A stretch of DNA of 64,000 nt from Dictyostelium discoideum (GCA_000004695.1 CM000152.2:4448001-4512000); one strand, 5' to 3'; shown: positions 1 to 13,368, numbered from the stretch's first letter. Made by a program: numbers and translations. Notes: a model not told the origin generated them from the letters alone.

Positions 1-73
1 AAAGATAATAGTAACATAATAGTAATATAAAATAACAAACTTTTTTAATAAATCAATTATATATATATATAAA

Positions 74-170
74 ATGTCATCAGCAGAATTCTCAATGGAC
101 GATTTTGAAGATACTTTTGACTCAAACGCAACTATCTCTACTAAAGATTTATTTGAAGGTTCAGAGTATG

Positions 171-219
<49 letters not shown>

Positions 220-906
220 CTATTATATTATTTTTTAATTTAATTCAAATATTAACTATTTTTATTTTATTTTCTTCTTTTATTATTTCAACACTTTTTT
301 TTTTTTATTTTTTTTATTTTTCTTTTCTTTTTTGGTTCTTTTTTTTTAATGAGTATAGTAGGTTACCATTAAATCAAAGTATAAATACAACAATTCAAAA
401 TTTATATTTACCAAATGGTGGATTTGCAATTGGCGATCAAAGCCAACAACAATATTACCAAGCAATGCCACCATTAAACCAAAGTGATCAATTCAATTTA
501 GGAAGATCAAATAATTTGACACCAAGAACAAATCAACTTCAACAACTTCAACAACAACAACAACAACAACAACAACCACAACAACAACAACAACAACAAA
601 CATATGGTACTCAATCACCAATTCATATGTCACAAACTCCTTCAAGTCCTTTATCATCTCCATTACCAAGTCCAACTCCATTCAGTAGACAACAAAGTTA
701 TAACAACAACAATAGTAATAATACTTCATCATCACAAAATTATAATAATAATAACATTAACATCAATAACAATAACAACAATAACAATACAAACAATAAC
801 AACAACAACAATAATGGTAACAATAGTAATGGTAACAATGGTAATAATAATAACAACAACAACAACAATAACAATAACAATACTAACAATAATAATAATA
901 ATAATC

Positions 907-974
<68 letters not shown>

Positions 975-1386
975 GGTAATCCAAATTTAAGTTCACCACA
1001 ACCAATTCTTGATACAATTTATAAATTATTATCAGAACAAGAACAAACATTAGTTCAAATGATTCATGAACAATCATTGTTATTAAATAGGTTACCACCA
1101 ACATTGGATGAAAATTCATTAGCACCACTCAAATCATTATCTCAAAAACAAATCACATTATCCGGTCAAATGAATACTGAAATGTCAGCACTTGATGCCA
1201 CTAAAAAAGGTATGATCCTTGAACCAACAGATTTAGCAAAATTATTTGCTTTAAAACAAGATTTACAAATTCAATTTAAACAATTAAGTTTATTACATAA
1301 TGAAATTCAATCAATTTTAAATCCACAACATTCTGCACCAAAACCAAAGTATGTAAAATAATAATATTAATAATAATAATAATAAT

Positions 1387-1417
<31 letters not shown>

Positions 1418-2636
1418 TTAATAATAATAATAATAATAATATTAATAATAATAATAATAATAACAAACTTTTTATTTTTATTTTTTGAATAAATTAGTGT
1501 TGCACTTGTATTAAAATCACAACCATTCCCAGTTGTAATTAGTAAAGGTAAACAATTAGGTGAGAATCAATTAGTTGTATTAGTATTAACTGGAGCAAGA
1601 TCAAACTTTCATATAAATGGACCAGTTAAAGCAACAATGATTTGTGATTCACATCCAACCAATAAAAATAATCCAACTACACCATTGGAAATGGATTCAC
1701 AACCAATTTATCCAGCAACATTGACAGCACATTTCCCATTGAAATTCTTGGCTGGTACTAGAAAGTGCTCTGTCAATTTGAAATTTGGTGTAAATATTCG
1801 TGATTTAGATAATGTTACCACAACCGTAGAGAGTGATGCATCCAATCCATTCGTTGTTATCACCAATGAATGTCAATGGGAGGGTAGTGCTGGTGTATTA
1901 TTGAAAAAGGATGCTTTCGATGGTCAATTGGAAATCACTTGGGCTCAATTCATCAATACCCTTCAAAGACATTTCTTAATTGCCACTAAACAAGATCCTG
2001 TAAGACCAAAACGTCCACTCTCTTCCTATGATTTGAAATATATTCAAACTCATTTCTTTGGTAATCGTTCAATCATTCACCAACAAGATTTCGATAAATT
2101 TTGGGTTTGGTTCGGTAAATCAATGCAAACTCTTAGATATCAAAGACATATTTCAACTTTATGGCAAGAAGGGTAAGTTTAAAAAAATTTTATTTTTAAT
2201 TTTATTTATTTATTTTTAAAAAGTATATTAATATTGTTTTTTATTTTTTATTTTTTATTTTTAAAGTATCATTTATGGTTATATGGGTAGACAAGAAGTT
2301 AATGATGCTTTACAAAATCAAGATCCAGGCACATTTATTATAAGATTTAGTGAAAGAAATCCTGGTCAATTTGGTATTGCTTATATTGGTGTTGAAATGC
2401 CAGCTCGAATTAAACATTATTTGGTTCAACCAAATGATACTGCTGCCGCAAAGAAAACTTTCCCTGACTTTTTATCAGAGCATTCTCAATTCGTAAACTT
2501 ACTTCAATGGACTAAGGATACAAATGGTGCACCAAGATTTTTAAAATTACACAAAGATACTGCTTTAGGTTCCTTTGCTCCAAAAAGAACAGCTCCTGTA
2601 CCTGTTGGTGGTTATGAACCTTTAAATAGTTAAAAT
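74..2636 (+). CDS. dstA: STAT family transcription factor Dd-STATa. Four exons at about 74-165, 359-1348, 1498-2172 and 2267-2636.
   Basis: Exon 1 encodes MSSAEFSMDDFEDTFDSNATISTKDLFEGSE and ends at a GTATGT donor. All three introns are phase 2, GT..AG and AT-rich. Exon 2 is Q/N-rich with a coiled-coil segment. Exon 3 matches the STAT DNA-binding region (VALVLKSQPF...ICDSHPTNKNNP...FVVITNECQWEG). Exon 4 is an SH2 domain (GTFIIRFSERNPGQFGIAYIG with the canonical Arg). The C-terminal tail is ...PVGGYEPLNS*, so the phospho-Tyr sits 6 residues from the end, which corresponds to Y702 of the 707-aa Dd-STATa. The assembled CDS is about 708 codons. Confidence 0.88.
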
Positions 2637-3019
2637 ATATATAATTTATATATATATTAAAATGGTGTATGATTTAAAAATAATATTATAATAATTTTTC
2701 AAAAAAAAAAAAAAAAAAAAAAAAAAAAACAAAAAAAAAAAAAAAAAGACTAAATAATTGATCTTGTATCTAATGAAAAACAAATAATAATAATTTTATC
2801 CGAAGATCTCATTTGTTTGTCGACTGTTGTATACAAAAAAAAAATAAAAAAAAATAATAAAAAAAAAAATTTTAAAAAAAAAAAATTAAAATAAAAAAAA
2901 ATATATACATAACAATAGAAGAGACGCACAACATATTGTATATATTTTTTTTTTGTTTTTTTTTTAATATTAAAAAGTTTACAAAAAGGAAAGTTTGAAA
3001 GTTTTTATAAAGCAACCAT

Positions 3020-4035
3020 TCATTCTATGCCACAAATTCTTCGTCCTCTAGTTTCATCAAATTCCAATTCCAAATAAACATGATTTGCCCTGCATTCCCT
3101 AGCAAAAATATTCAAATGTTTTTTATCCAACAAAATCATAACAAGTTCCAATTTGTTTGGATGGTAATATATTGGTTGGTTAGAAGTATTATTATTGGTT
3201 TGGCTAATAGAACCACCTTGATTTTGATTATTATTTCCATTATTGATAATAACGGTTCTATTTCCAATACATGGTGAATAAAAAAATAGGGATTTTTGAC
3301 CTCTGACGTCAAATTCATAGCTAACACATCCAGTTAATTTAAAATAGAAATATAGACTTAAAAATGCACAAAAAAGGTTCAAAAGGTTCATTGCAAACAT
3401 ATTGAATATTGGATTTAATTGGAAATCTGGTGATGGTTCCCAATAAAAATAAGGAGTTTGAAATGAATCTTTATAAATTCTTGCTTGTTCTACTAAACCA
3501 GCAGTACATGTGATAATTCCAATTATAACGACAATTAATACGCCTCTTTTATTTCCATATACACTATCCACTGGAGCTAATGCATTAAAATAAGATGCAT
3601 CTATACTTAATTTTCCATCAAGCTTTTTTAAATCATATTCCCCTTTTTTTTTTTTTTTTTTAAAAAAAAAATTATAGTAATTATTAATAAAAGATTAATT
3701 ACATTTTTTAATTATTATTTTAATTAGCCTTTTTTAAAAAACTTACACATTAAAGCTTGTCTTCCAAGGAGAATAAAAAAGTTTAATCCTATTGTTAGAA
3801 TAGTAGCCCAAAAATAAGACATATTAATGTTTGAAAATGCACCAACAGCAACACCAAAGATTATATAATCAAAACCATTAAAAGCACCCCTCCAATGACC
3901 GGCTTGGTCTGCCCTATATTTTATTGTACCAACATCATTTGGTTGTTTCTCATGAGCTTGTAAATTAACATTGTCTTGTTTTCTTATTTCTTTTATGATT
4001 GTTTGGCAATGGTTACAATTACTATTATTTTCCAT
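3020..4035 (-). CDS. Predicted multi-pass membrane protein of unassigned family. Two exons at about 3747-4035 and 3020-3576.
   Basis: The ORF track gives minus-strand ORFs at 3724-4035 and 3020-3571. Exon 1 ends at ...ALM with a GTAAGT donor (phase 1). The only phase-compatible acceptor is cattag|CTCCAGTGG. Both exons contain several hydrophobic helices. The N-terminus carries an HEKQPNDVGTIKYRADQAGHWRG motif. I could not place it in a family by eye. Confidence 0.55.
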
Positions 4036-4795
4036 TTCTTTTATTTATTTATTTCTTTATTAATAGGAGAATAATACAAATAAATTTCTTTTTAAATATA
4101 CAAGAAATTTATAATTAAAAAAAAAAATTTATAATAAAAAAAAAAAAAAATTAAAAAAAAAAATTAAATAAATAATAATATTATTTTTGATTTGTTAATT
4201 ATAGAGCCTTCTATAATAGGTTGAATCAAAGAAAAACATTTCTTAAGAGAATATAATTTTTTCAATTTGGTATTCACTTAAAATATTAAAAAACATTGAA
4301 TGGGTTTGATTTTAATTGTTTTGGTGGTTATCACTGGAGGGTATTTTTTGTATGATTATTTTTTTTTTTTTTTATACAAATTATTTCTTCCCACCAAGGA
4401 AATACTCCTCGATTTAGTTTAAATTTGCTAAAAATAAAAATTTCCTGAAAAAAACAAAACCCCAAAAAAAAAAAAAAAAAAAATATTGATTAACATACTA
4501 TTTGTGTTAATCAATACCACACAATAAATAAAAAATTTATTCATTTTTTTATTACACACATGGAATAAAGAGTGGTTATTTTTATTGGGGCAAAATAATT
4601 ATAGCACTGTCACTTAATAATTTAAGAACAACACACAAATAAAATACACACAAATATTACATTTTTAAAAAATAAATAACCAAAATTTTTAAATTTTAAT
4701 TTTTTTAATTAATTATTTTTGAGTTTGATAAAAGATTAAATTTATTATGTACAGTTATTTTTTTATATTTTTACTTTTTATTAATATTAATTATT

Positions 4796-7700
4796 TTAAT
4801 CGTATTCTTCGTATGATTCACTTGAGGAAGTAAAAAAATTTGAAACATCCTCTGATCCATCAGATTGTTCTTCCTCCAATTCTGGTTCAGTACCAGATGA
4901 AATATTTAAATAATCTCTCATACTTGTATTTAAATCAGGTTTCTCGATACTTGAATCAAATGATACGTTATCAATCTCTTCTTCTTCTTGTTCTGCTTCT
5001 TCTTCTTCTTGTTCACCATCACTTTTTTTTTTTTTTTTTGGTTTCTCTTTTTCAATTGATTTTCTCTTATTTTTATTTTTCTTTTTATCTTCAATTTCAC
5101 TAATTTCTTCACTTAATATTTCATTATCATCATGTTGACTTTTCTCTTTTTTACTTGATTTTCTTTTATTTTTATTTTTATTTTTCTTTTTCTTTTTAAT
5201 TTCTTCTTCACTAATTTCTTCATAGTCTTCATGTTCTTCCTGTTCTTGTTCTTTTTGATCACTTTGGATTTCTTGATCAGACTCATCACTTGATTTTTTT
5301 TTATTTTTATTTTTATTTTTATTTTTCTTTTTCTTTTTCTTTTTAATTTCTTCTTCACTAATTTCTTCATAGTATTCTTCTTCTTGTTCTTTTTGATCAC
5401 TTTGGATTTCTTGATCAGATTCATCACTTGATTTTCTTTTATTTTTATTTTTGTTTTTATTTTTCTTTTTCTTTTTCTTTTTAATTTCTTCTTCACTAAT
5501 TACTTCATAAACTACTTCTTGATCACTTTGAATTTCTTGATCTTCAGATTCATCATTTGATTTTCTTTTATTTTTATTTTTCTTTTTCTTTTTATCTTTA
5601 TTTTTCTTTTTATAATTTGATTCACTAATTTCTTCATTTATTATTTCATCATCATTTTCAATTGATTTTCTTTTCTTTTTATTTTTCTTTTTCTTTTTAA
5701 TTTCCACCTCTTCTTCACTAATTTCAATAATTTCTTCAACAATTTCTTCTTCTTCTTCTTCTTTTTCTTCGCTCTCTTCATGTTCAATTTCTTTTTCAGT
5801 TTCTTTTTCTTGATCAGATTCAGAGGATTGTTGAGAATCTTCTTGTTGACTTTCTTCATCTTCAGAGGAAGAGTATTTAACTTTTTTAGATTTAACTCTT
5901 TTTGTTGAATTTGCCCTTGTTGATGATAATTTCTTTGATTGATTTGGTTTTTTAATTTTATCAATAATTGATAAAAGTTCATCTTGTTGTTCATCTGTTA
6001 ATTCTTGTTGATGAATATCTTTACTACCACAATCATTGTTATTATTATTATTATCAGTTTCATCATCTTTTTCAATTATTAATAATGATTTCAAATATTG
6101 ATGATACTTTGAAAGTTGACCATTATATGGTTTAGAATTGATTTCATTTGACATTTTATTCGATAGGAATAATAGTTGTTGAATTGATTCTAAACTTAAA
6201 AATGATTTATCCAATTTAAAAAGTTGAAATAATTTACAATGATTCTTACCAATTGTTGTATCACCAATAATCTCTAAAGATAAATTAAATAGTAATTTAC
6301 AATATAGTTTATTTTCAATTGTTTTAAATTTAATTTCAATTTCTTGTTCATTTAAATTAATATTACCTTCATTTTGTAGTATTTGTTGTTCTTGTTGTTT
6401 TTGTTTTTGTTGAATTTGTTGTTGTTGTTTAATAAAATTTGAAATTAAAGAATTAATTAAATATTGATATAATTTAATTAAAGTTGGTGTTGAAGTAATT
6501 GAGTTTTTAAAAACATTTTGTAAAGAAGGAATAAAAGAATTTTCAATGATTGTTAAAGAGAATTCAAAATCTCTATTTGAAGGTAAAACGAAAACATTAA
6601 AGAAAGAGGATAGAATTTGTTGAGTTGGTTTACCATCATTGGTATGATTGAAAAACATTCCCATCAAGAATGAAAATATATATTGATATTGTTCCATTGA
6701 TACCTTTTTATTCTCTAAATCACAAACTTGATTACAAATAATCTTTGAAATACCTTCAACCAATCTTTGTTGAATCTTTTCTTTACCAATGATTTCATTA
6801 TCTTGAGTTTTTTCAATCTTTTTTAATAATCCATATAATTGATCTAAAATAAATTCAAATGTAATTATGAAATTATTATCATTTTCATCAATTGATTGAT
6901 TTTGATTTTGATTTTCAATTTTATTTTCATTTTCAATTGATTGATCTTGATTTTCAATATTCTTTAATTGTTGTTGCTTTTCTTTAAATTGTTTTTCAAA
7001 AATTTTATTTAATGAATAACCATACCATGATAATAAATCAAATAAACCTTCAATTGACGAAACTAAACCATCATGTTTTTCATCAATTTCAGTTGATGAT
7101 TCTTCATTTGAATTTTGATGATGATTATCTTTTTGTTGATTAAAAAATATTAAAGATTCAGTATCTAAAGATTCTAATAGGGAACAAGTATTCTTTGAAA
7201 GTGTTGAAATATTAATCATCGATTGTAATGATAAAACTTTAATTGCCATTGATTTAACTAAAGAGTTTTCACTACATAAACAATTATCCATAATTAACTC
7301 TATGAAATTGTCAATGGTTGATTTAACTTGATTATTTAATTTCAAAATTTTAGTATTCTTTAAAAAGTGATTTAAAATACTTAGAGATTTAATCCAAATT
7401 TTCTCTTCTAATAGAATTTTTAAATTATAATTCTCTGTAATTTGATTGTATTGTTCTACCTTTAAATGAATTTCATCTCTATATAAATCCAACTTTGAAT
7501 TTAGTTTATCTACAACACTCTTATTTAAATTATTACTAATACTAATACTCTTTGAACCGCTATTGTTGCTTCCAGTATTGCCGTTATTTGAATATTTAGT
7601 TTTAATTAATGTTTTAATATCTTTTCTTTTTTGAGTTAATTTATCAATTGATTCTTTGATTGCAGTCAATTGATTTTGCATTTCAATTTTAATCGATTCA

Positions 7701-8013
7701 CTTTGTTCATTATCAATTAAATTGGTCAATGTTGTTAAACTTGTTATAATGGTTTGTGAATAACCTCTATCGGTACCACTACTACCATTTTCACTAGTAC
7801 TGCTACTATTTTGAGGATTAACCAATTGATATAATAATTCCATCAATGGTTCTAAATGATTATCATCAATACTAATTGACATTAATAATTTTTGAATGAC
7901 ATCAATTAATTGTGATCTACCAGATTCATCTGAAAAATCTAAATATTGAGCAATTAATATTAATTGTGATTGAATAAATATTAATTCATTATCACTATGT
8001 TTTAATTTCTCTG

Positions 8014-8044
<31 letters not shown>

Positions 8045-9645
8045 TTCAAGTTGTTGTTCATTTTTATCTTTTTCTTTTTCATCATCATCATCATCATCAT
8101 CATCATTTAAACCTTGTTGTCTTTTTTCAGATTTTCTAAGATAATATAATAAAACTTCATTAAAATTTAAAATACTTGGTAAAATTGTATCTAATAAATC
8201 TTGATTATTTGCTTTCTTTAAATATTGAGATAAAACTCTAAGATTGATTGCTTGTTCCTTACTAAGATTAAATAAATCATATTCTCTACATTTATCAATA
8301 CCAAATTTACCTTTTGAAAATATTTCTAATAATACTACTTCAACTTCTTGTTCAAATAATTCTACTTCTAAATTTTTAATAAACTATAATATAAAAAAAA
8401 ATTTTATTTAAACAAAAAAAAAAAAAAAATAAATAAATAAAATAATTAGTTGATTTTTTTTTTTTTTTTTTTTTAATATATATATATTTTAATTATTTAA
8501 TTACCTTTGAAATCTCTAAAGATTTTTCTAACCAATAATCAATCAACATTGTTGAACAAGCTTCTCTAACAGATTGATCACGATCTTTTAAACCATTCTT
8601 TAAAATACCAACTCTTAATGAAATTGGAATGAATCTAATTTCAATCTTTTTACCAATGAAAATAAAAGAACCTTTTCTAACGGTAGGATTAATATCTAAT
8701 GTTTTCTCTAATATTGGTTGTAATGATTTCTTTGATGGTACTATATTATTTAATGCTGTAACTCTTACATCACTTTTTTTTTAAAATGAAAATTATATTT
8801 TAAAATTAATAATAAATAATTAATAATAAATAATAAATAATAAATAATAAATAATAAATAATAAATAATAACAATAATTAATTTACATACGGTGATGTAT
8901 CAAATCTTAACATATCAATTAATCTTGAAGTGATTGGATCACCTTGAGAAGTTGGGTCTTGGATTTTAGCTAATGAATAAATTGATTGTTTTCTAATGGC
9001 AGGTATTCTATCTTTACTTTTAGTGAGAATACATTCTATTAAATTTGACCAAGTGCTTTCATTGAATTCATATTCTTCTTTTAGATTTGATAATATCTCT
9101 GATAGTATTTGAATGCTTCTGAATCTAACTGGCTTCTCTTTACTATTGGATCTATTAATGAGATGATTTAATATTGAATTAAAAAATTCATCATATTTTT
9201 CATACTCTTCATCAATTTTATTTGATTTTCTTATCATTTCCTCGTCATCAATAATATTATTTTCATCATTATCTTCACCTTCTCCTTCTCCTTCTTCTTC
9301 AATGGTTCTTTTATTATTTACTATTTGTGTTAAAAACTGAGTTAATAACTTAATGATTCTTTCAATTGCTAATTCTCTTTTAAAATGAATTAAAACTCTA
9401 TCAGCTACTGAAAAAATTATTAAATTAAAATGAGTTTTTAAAAAATTACTATTATAACATCCTAATAATAATATTCTTAATTCATTGATTGATTTTTTAC
9501 TTGGTGCTATAATCTTTTGTGATTCATCAAAAATTGTAGTTATCTTTGATTTTAATTTATTAACTTTTTCATTATTATTATTAATATTATTATTATTTAT
9601 GTTATTATTTGTTGTAGTTGGTTTTGATTTTGTTTTTTGACACAT
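4796..9645 (-). CDS. Condensin complex subunit 3 (NCAPG/Cnd3/Ycg1)-like HEAT-repeat protein with a long repetitive K/E/D/S-rich C-terminal extension. Three exons at about 8891-9645, 8505-8772 and 4796-8383, giving about 1536 aa.
   Basis: The exon 1 translation ...PVRFRSIQILSEILSNLKEEYEF...KDRIPAIRKQSIYSLAKIQDPTSQ... aligns with human NCAPG AVRFRVCLLINKLLG...KDKIPNVRIQAVLALSRLQDP. The exon 2 segment LKDRDQSVREACSTMLIDYWL aligns with LNDRSDAVKQAMQKHLLQGWL. Donors are GTATGT and GTAATT, acceptors are aaaaag and tatag, and the reading phases are consistent. Exon 3 is a single 3.6 kb ORF (the track's 1028-aa ORF plus an in-frame upstream extension that lacks any start codon). Confidence 0.75.
5040..5700 (-). 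repeat. In-frame tandem coding repeats of about 120-125 bp, giving about 5 copies of a ~41-aa unit inside the condensin-subunit C-terminal tail.
   Basis: The translated units are nearly identical: ...[40 protein letters not shown](EE)YYEE... The repetition is directly visible in the DNA and in the overlapping-frame ORFs of the track (5113-5496 and 5641-5994). Confidence 0.8.
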
Positions 9646-9762
9646 TTTATTATTTATTTTTATTTATTTATTTATTTTTTTATTTTTTTTTTTACATTAC
9701 AGGAATGACAAAAAAATAATAACAAAAACGAAAAATGAAAATGAAAATGAAACTTGTTTTGG

Positions 9763-9795
<33 letters not shown>

Positions 9796-10031
9796 GCCAA
9801 AATAATTTTTAAAAAAAAATGTTATTAAATTTTAAAAAAAATAAATATTAAAAATGATCCATTTTTTATTTGGAAATAAAATTATAGTTTTCAGTTTTTT
9901 GTAAAATTTCCATCTTATTTATTCAAATTGAATAATTATTTTCAACTGTTTCTAATAAATTAAAATCTAATTTGGTAATAAAAATTTAGTATTTTTTGAA
10001 TTGGGTAATAAAAATTTAGTTTTCATCTAAA

Positions 10032-10114
10032 GCAAGGGTAGGAAAGTCTGGTTAAATCCGTGTGACTTAAGATCTCATCCATTCGGTTCGCGAGTTCGAA
10101 TCTCGCCTCTTGCA
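10032..10114 (+). tRNA. tRNA-Leu with anticodon UAA, class II with a long variable arm, 83 nt, no encoded CCA.
   Basis: It folds by hand into a cloverleaf. The acceptor stem is GCAAGGG/CCTCTTGC with one G-U pair. The D stem is GGA/TCC with GG in the loop. The anticodon loop is C-T-TAA-G-A. The T stem is GCGAG/CTCGC with loop TTCGAAT. A B-box-like GTTCGATCC follows about 40 bp downstream. There is one U-U mismatch in the anticodon stem. Confidence 0.8.
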
Positions 10115-10419
10115 AGCTTTTTCATACCTCCTAAATATATTCGTATGTTCGATCCTATGTTCAATCTCCCTACATTAACAAAAACTATTATATTTTAAAA
10201 TTAAAACTCCTTTTTTTAATTTTTTTTTCAATACAATAAAATAAAATAATAATGATTTTATATTTTTAAACAAAAATTGGTTGTATTGTTTCTCAACTTT
10301 TTCTTGGTGTATTATAAAAAAATTTTTTTTTTTTTTTTTTTAATTTTTTTTTTTTCAATTTTTTTTTTCAATTTTTTTTTTTGGTTTTAAAAACTTTTTC
10401 AGCCAAACAAAAATCCATA

Positions 10420-13368
10420 ATGGCATTAACAATAATAAATAATTATTTAGATAATAATATTGAAATAAATAAGAATGAAATTTTATTTTGGAAAGTTTAT
10501 AGAAATATTTATTTAAAGAAACAAATTTTTAAACAATTAGAATCAGAAATTTATTTTAAAGATTATAGAATGTGTAATACAAAATCTAGAATTAAATTTA
10601 AAGATATTAAATCATTGAAATGGATGATAGATAATTGTGAATTTGAACTTTTAAAGAGAAAGATTGAAAATAAAGAATTCATTCAAATTTCTGGGGAAGG
10701 TATTAAATCATTGGTAAACATAAAAGATCATAGCATATCATTAGAAATACTTGAAATGTTAATGAGAAATCAAAGAGATAATATGGAAACGTTAAGACCT
10801 CTTGATTTTGCAATAAAACATGAAAACATGGAAATGGTAAAAGTGCTCATTAATGAACCATACTCTATGAGAATAACTTTAATGAATATTCAATCAGCAG
10901 TTCGTGCATGTTCTCCACAATTTTTGGATGAATTAATACCGTTGAGCGATATTGATATAAGAACTGGTTCAATAGCTCATGTTTATTGGATATTAAATCG
11001 TTGTGATTATAAAAAACAAGATTTTTTAAATGTTATAGTCAAATATCCTGAAACGATTGCACCACTTGGTCAATCTAGTTTATACAATATGTTACCACCA
11101 ACTTTCATATTAGATATAACAAGTATAACATCGGTTGAACAATTATTTTCATTAATACAGGTTAATTTATTTAAAAAGAAAAATAATTTGGGTATAAAAG
11201 AATTAGTTTCATTAATTACTGTTTATGATAAGTTTAAATATTCTATTAATATTTCAAAAATATTAATTTTCTTTGCATTATATATTGAAAATAATCCTAT
11301 ACAAAACATCAATGAAATTAAATCAAAAATGTTTGAAATTTTCAATAATACTAATAATAATAATAGTGAAATAGAAAAACAATTATTTAAATTATTTATT
11401 TTAGAAATAAATTCAAAAGAGATTTATGAAATTTATTTTTATAAATATTTTGAATTAATTGAAGAAATGGATAATAATAAAAGATATAAAACAATAAAAT
11501 TTTTAAACATTTTACCAAAATTTAATGAAATAATAAAATCAAATGATAAAAATGAAATAGTTAATTTCATTATAGAACTAATTAATCAAGGTAATTTAAG
11601 AACTCCGAAATATAATAATTTATTTAAGAAAATAATGGATACAATAATTAATTATTTAATGGATGATGAATATTATTATAAAATAATTATTAATGAAATT
11701 AAAAGAAAGAATTTAGAAAAGTTATTTTCAATACCATTTGAATGGAGTCCGATATTAAAAGAAATTATGATTGAACCAATCGATGGAGGATTAAATAAAT
11801 TATTTATAAATGATAAAGAAACAATTGATTGGTTATCATCTACATTTAAATTAAAATTAATAAATCATAGGAATGTTAAAACCATATATAATAATAAAAT
11901 GAAAAAAGGATTAGTTCAATTTTCAACACATCAACTTTATACATACTCAATTTTAATGTTAAACAAATACTCTTATGGAAAAAGTTTAATGAGGTCATTA
12001 ATTTATCCATCAATCTATAGTCATCCTTTAATAACAGTAAATGGAAATAAAGAATATTTAAATAAATCAGAAATTATGGAACTATTATTTAAATCAATAA
12101 TATCATATAATTTAAATGAAACCTTATTATATGTTAGTTTAATAGATTTAAAGAATGATTTTAAACAGTTTATTTCAATTTGGAATAGAAAATCAAAATC
12201 AAATGAATATAGATTCTTATTTTTAGATCAATTATTTTCAAAAACTGATATTGGAACAATTAAAAATATTAAAGTTGAAATTGTAATCGATTCAATAAAA
12301 TATTGGATAAATGAAGCAAAATCAAATTTACAAAACAATGATTTAGAATTATTATTTGAAACTATTATAAATTATTTATATAAAAAGTTAATTCAAAATC
12401 AAAATGTAAAAATTAATCAAGTTATTGAAATTAGAGAATTAATTTTAAAGTTAAATATTAAATTAGAGCATACAGAATTTCATGTATTTTATTATTTAAA
12501 TATCAGATCACCAAAACTTATTAGATGTTTATTATTAAATGAATCAGTATTATCATCACCATTATGTATTAGATTTCCGGATGGGTCAAAATATTATTGT
12601 TATAACCATATTAATAATAAACTTCCAACTAATAAAGTTCCAAAAATATTAGTTCCAACAAAAATTTCATTTGATTTATTATTTGGTAATAATGGAGAAT
12701 CATTTATAAATTTACTTGAATATCTTTATCAATTTCGGCCACATAATGTAGATACTCTATTAAAATTTTATTTAGATATAAATAGATTTGATTTATTTTT
12801 AAAAGGATTTCAAACATATAAAAAAGCAACTGATTATGGTCATATTAAATCTATAACTTTTGATTTTATTGAAGCATTATCAGTTGGAAATATTGATCAT
12901 AGTAAATTAATAATATTTCAAAAATATATTGATTTAGTTAAAATATCTAATTTTAAGGATGAAATTCAATTCGTTCAAGATATGTCAAATTTTTCAATTT
13001 CAAAAAATAGAATAGAGTTAGTTTCATTTATAATCAACTACTTTAAATTAAAAAATCTCAAGATTTATCGTCCTACTTTTAATTTATGCCACTATAATAT
13101 TTTTAAATACATATTTGAAAATCATTTCAATGATATTAAATCCATTAGTGTAGCTTTCATTGATTTTGGTGAATGCGTTTCATCATCTGATACTTTTATT
13201 CAAGATTCTATATTATTATTTGAATTATTTTTAAAATACTATCCAAGTTCATTAGATAATGTTTCAAATAGTTTATTTTTTTTTAATATCAAAAGAACTA
13301 AACTCAATTCAAAAATATTTGATTACTTATTATCAAAAAAATTAATAACCCAAGAAAATCATAATTAA
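10420..13368 (+). CDS. Lineage-specific hypothetical protein of about 982 aa, paralog A of a tandem pair.
   Basis: The track ORF 10381-13368 starts at an alternative TTG codon; the first ATG is at 10420 (MALTIINNYLDNNIEINKNEILFWKVYRN...). It is a single exon. It is highly similar to the downstream gene at 13687-16665. I saw no recognisable domain. Confidence 0.7.
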   Translation: MALTIINNYLDNNIEINKNEILFWKVYRNIYLKKQIFKQLESEIYFKDYRMCNTKSRIKFKDIKSLKWMIDNCEFELLKRKIENKEFIQISGEGIKSLVNIKDHSISLEILEMLMRNQRDNMETLRPLDFAIKHENMEMVKVLINEPYSMRITLMNIQSAVRACSPQFLDELIPLSDIDIRTGSIAHVYWILNRCDYKKQDFLNVIVKYPETIAPLGQSSLYNMLPPTFILDITSITSVEQLFSLIQVNLFKKKNNLGIKELVSLITVYDKFKYSINISKILIFFALYIENNPIQNINEIKSKMFEIFNNTNNNNSEIEKQLFKLFILEINSKEIYEIYFYKYFELIEEMDNNKRYKTIKFLNILPKFNEIIKSNDKNEIVNFIIELINQGNLRTPKYNNLFKKIMDTIINYLMDDEYYYKIIINEIKRKNLEKLFSIPFEWSPILKEIMIEPIDGGLNKLFINDKETIDWLSSTFKLKLINHRNVKTIYNNKMKKGLVQFSTHQLYTYSILMLNKYSYGKSLMRSLIYPSIYSHPLITVNGNKEYLNKSEIMELLFKSIISYNLNETLLYVSLIDLKNDFKQFISIWNRKSKSNEYRFLFLDQLFSKTDIGTIKNIKVEIVIDSIKYWINEAKSNLQNNDLELLFETIINYLYKKLIQNQNVKINQVIEIRELILKLNIKLEHTEFHVFYYLNIRSPKLIRCLLLNESVLSSPLCIRFPDGSKYYCYNHINNKLPTNKVPKILVPTKISFDLLFGNNGESFINLLEYLYQFRPHNVDTLLKFYLDINRFDLFLKGFQTYKKATDYGHIKSITFDFIEALSVGNIDHSKLIIFQKYIDLVKISNFKDEIQFVQDMSNFSISKNRIELVSFIINYFKLKNLKIYRPTFNLCHYNIFKYIFENHFNDIKSISVAFIDFGECVSSSDTFIQDSILLFELFLKYYPSSLDNVSNSLFFFNIKRTKLNSKIFDYLLSKKLITQENHN
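11626..12450 (+). repeat. Copy 1 of a ~0.83 kb near-identical segment shared by the two tandem paralogs.
   Basis: Nucleotide sequence 11626-12450 is almost base-for-base identical to 14906-15730, with only a handful of substitutions. The flanking coding sequence of the two genes is much more diverged. Confidence 0.8.

Noticed and set aside
604-1128. Four overlapping ORFs (604-990 +, 732-974 -, 883-1128 - and 493-681 -) encoding poly-I, poly-V, poly-L or poly-T peptides.
   Set aside because: They are alternative-frame or antisense readings of the (CAA)n/(AAT)n tracts inside dstA exon 2. They show pure low complexity, and the real frame is established by STAT homology.
10381-10419. Track ORF starts at TTG or GTG codons (10381, 3571, 54397 and 61468) taken as translation starts.
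   Set aside because: The ORF finder allows alternative starts. For nuclear eukaryotic genes I used the first ATG or the homology-supported splice junction instead.
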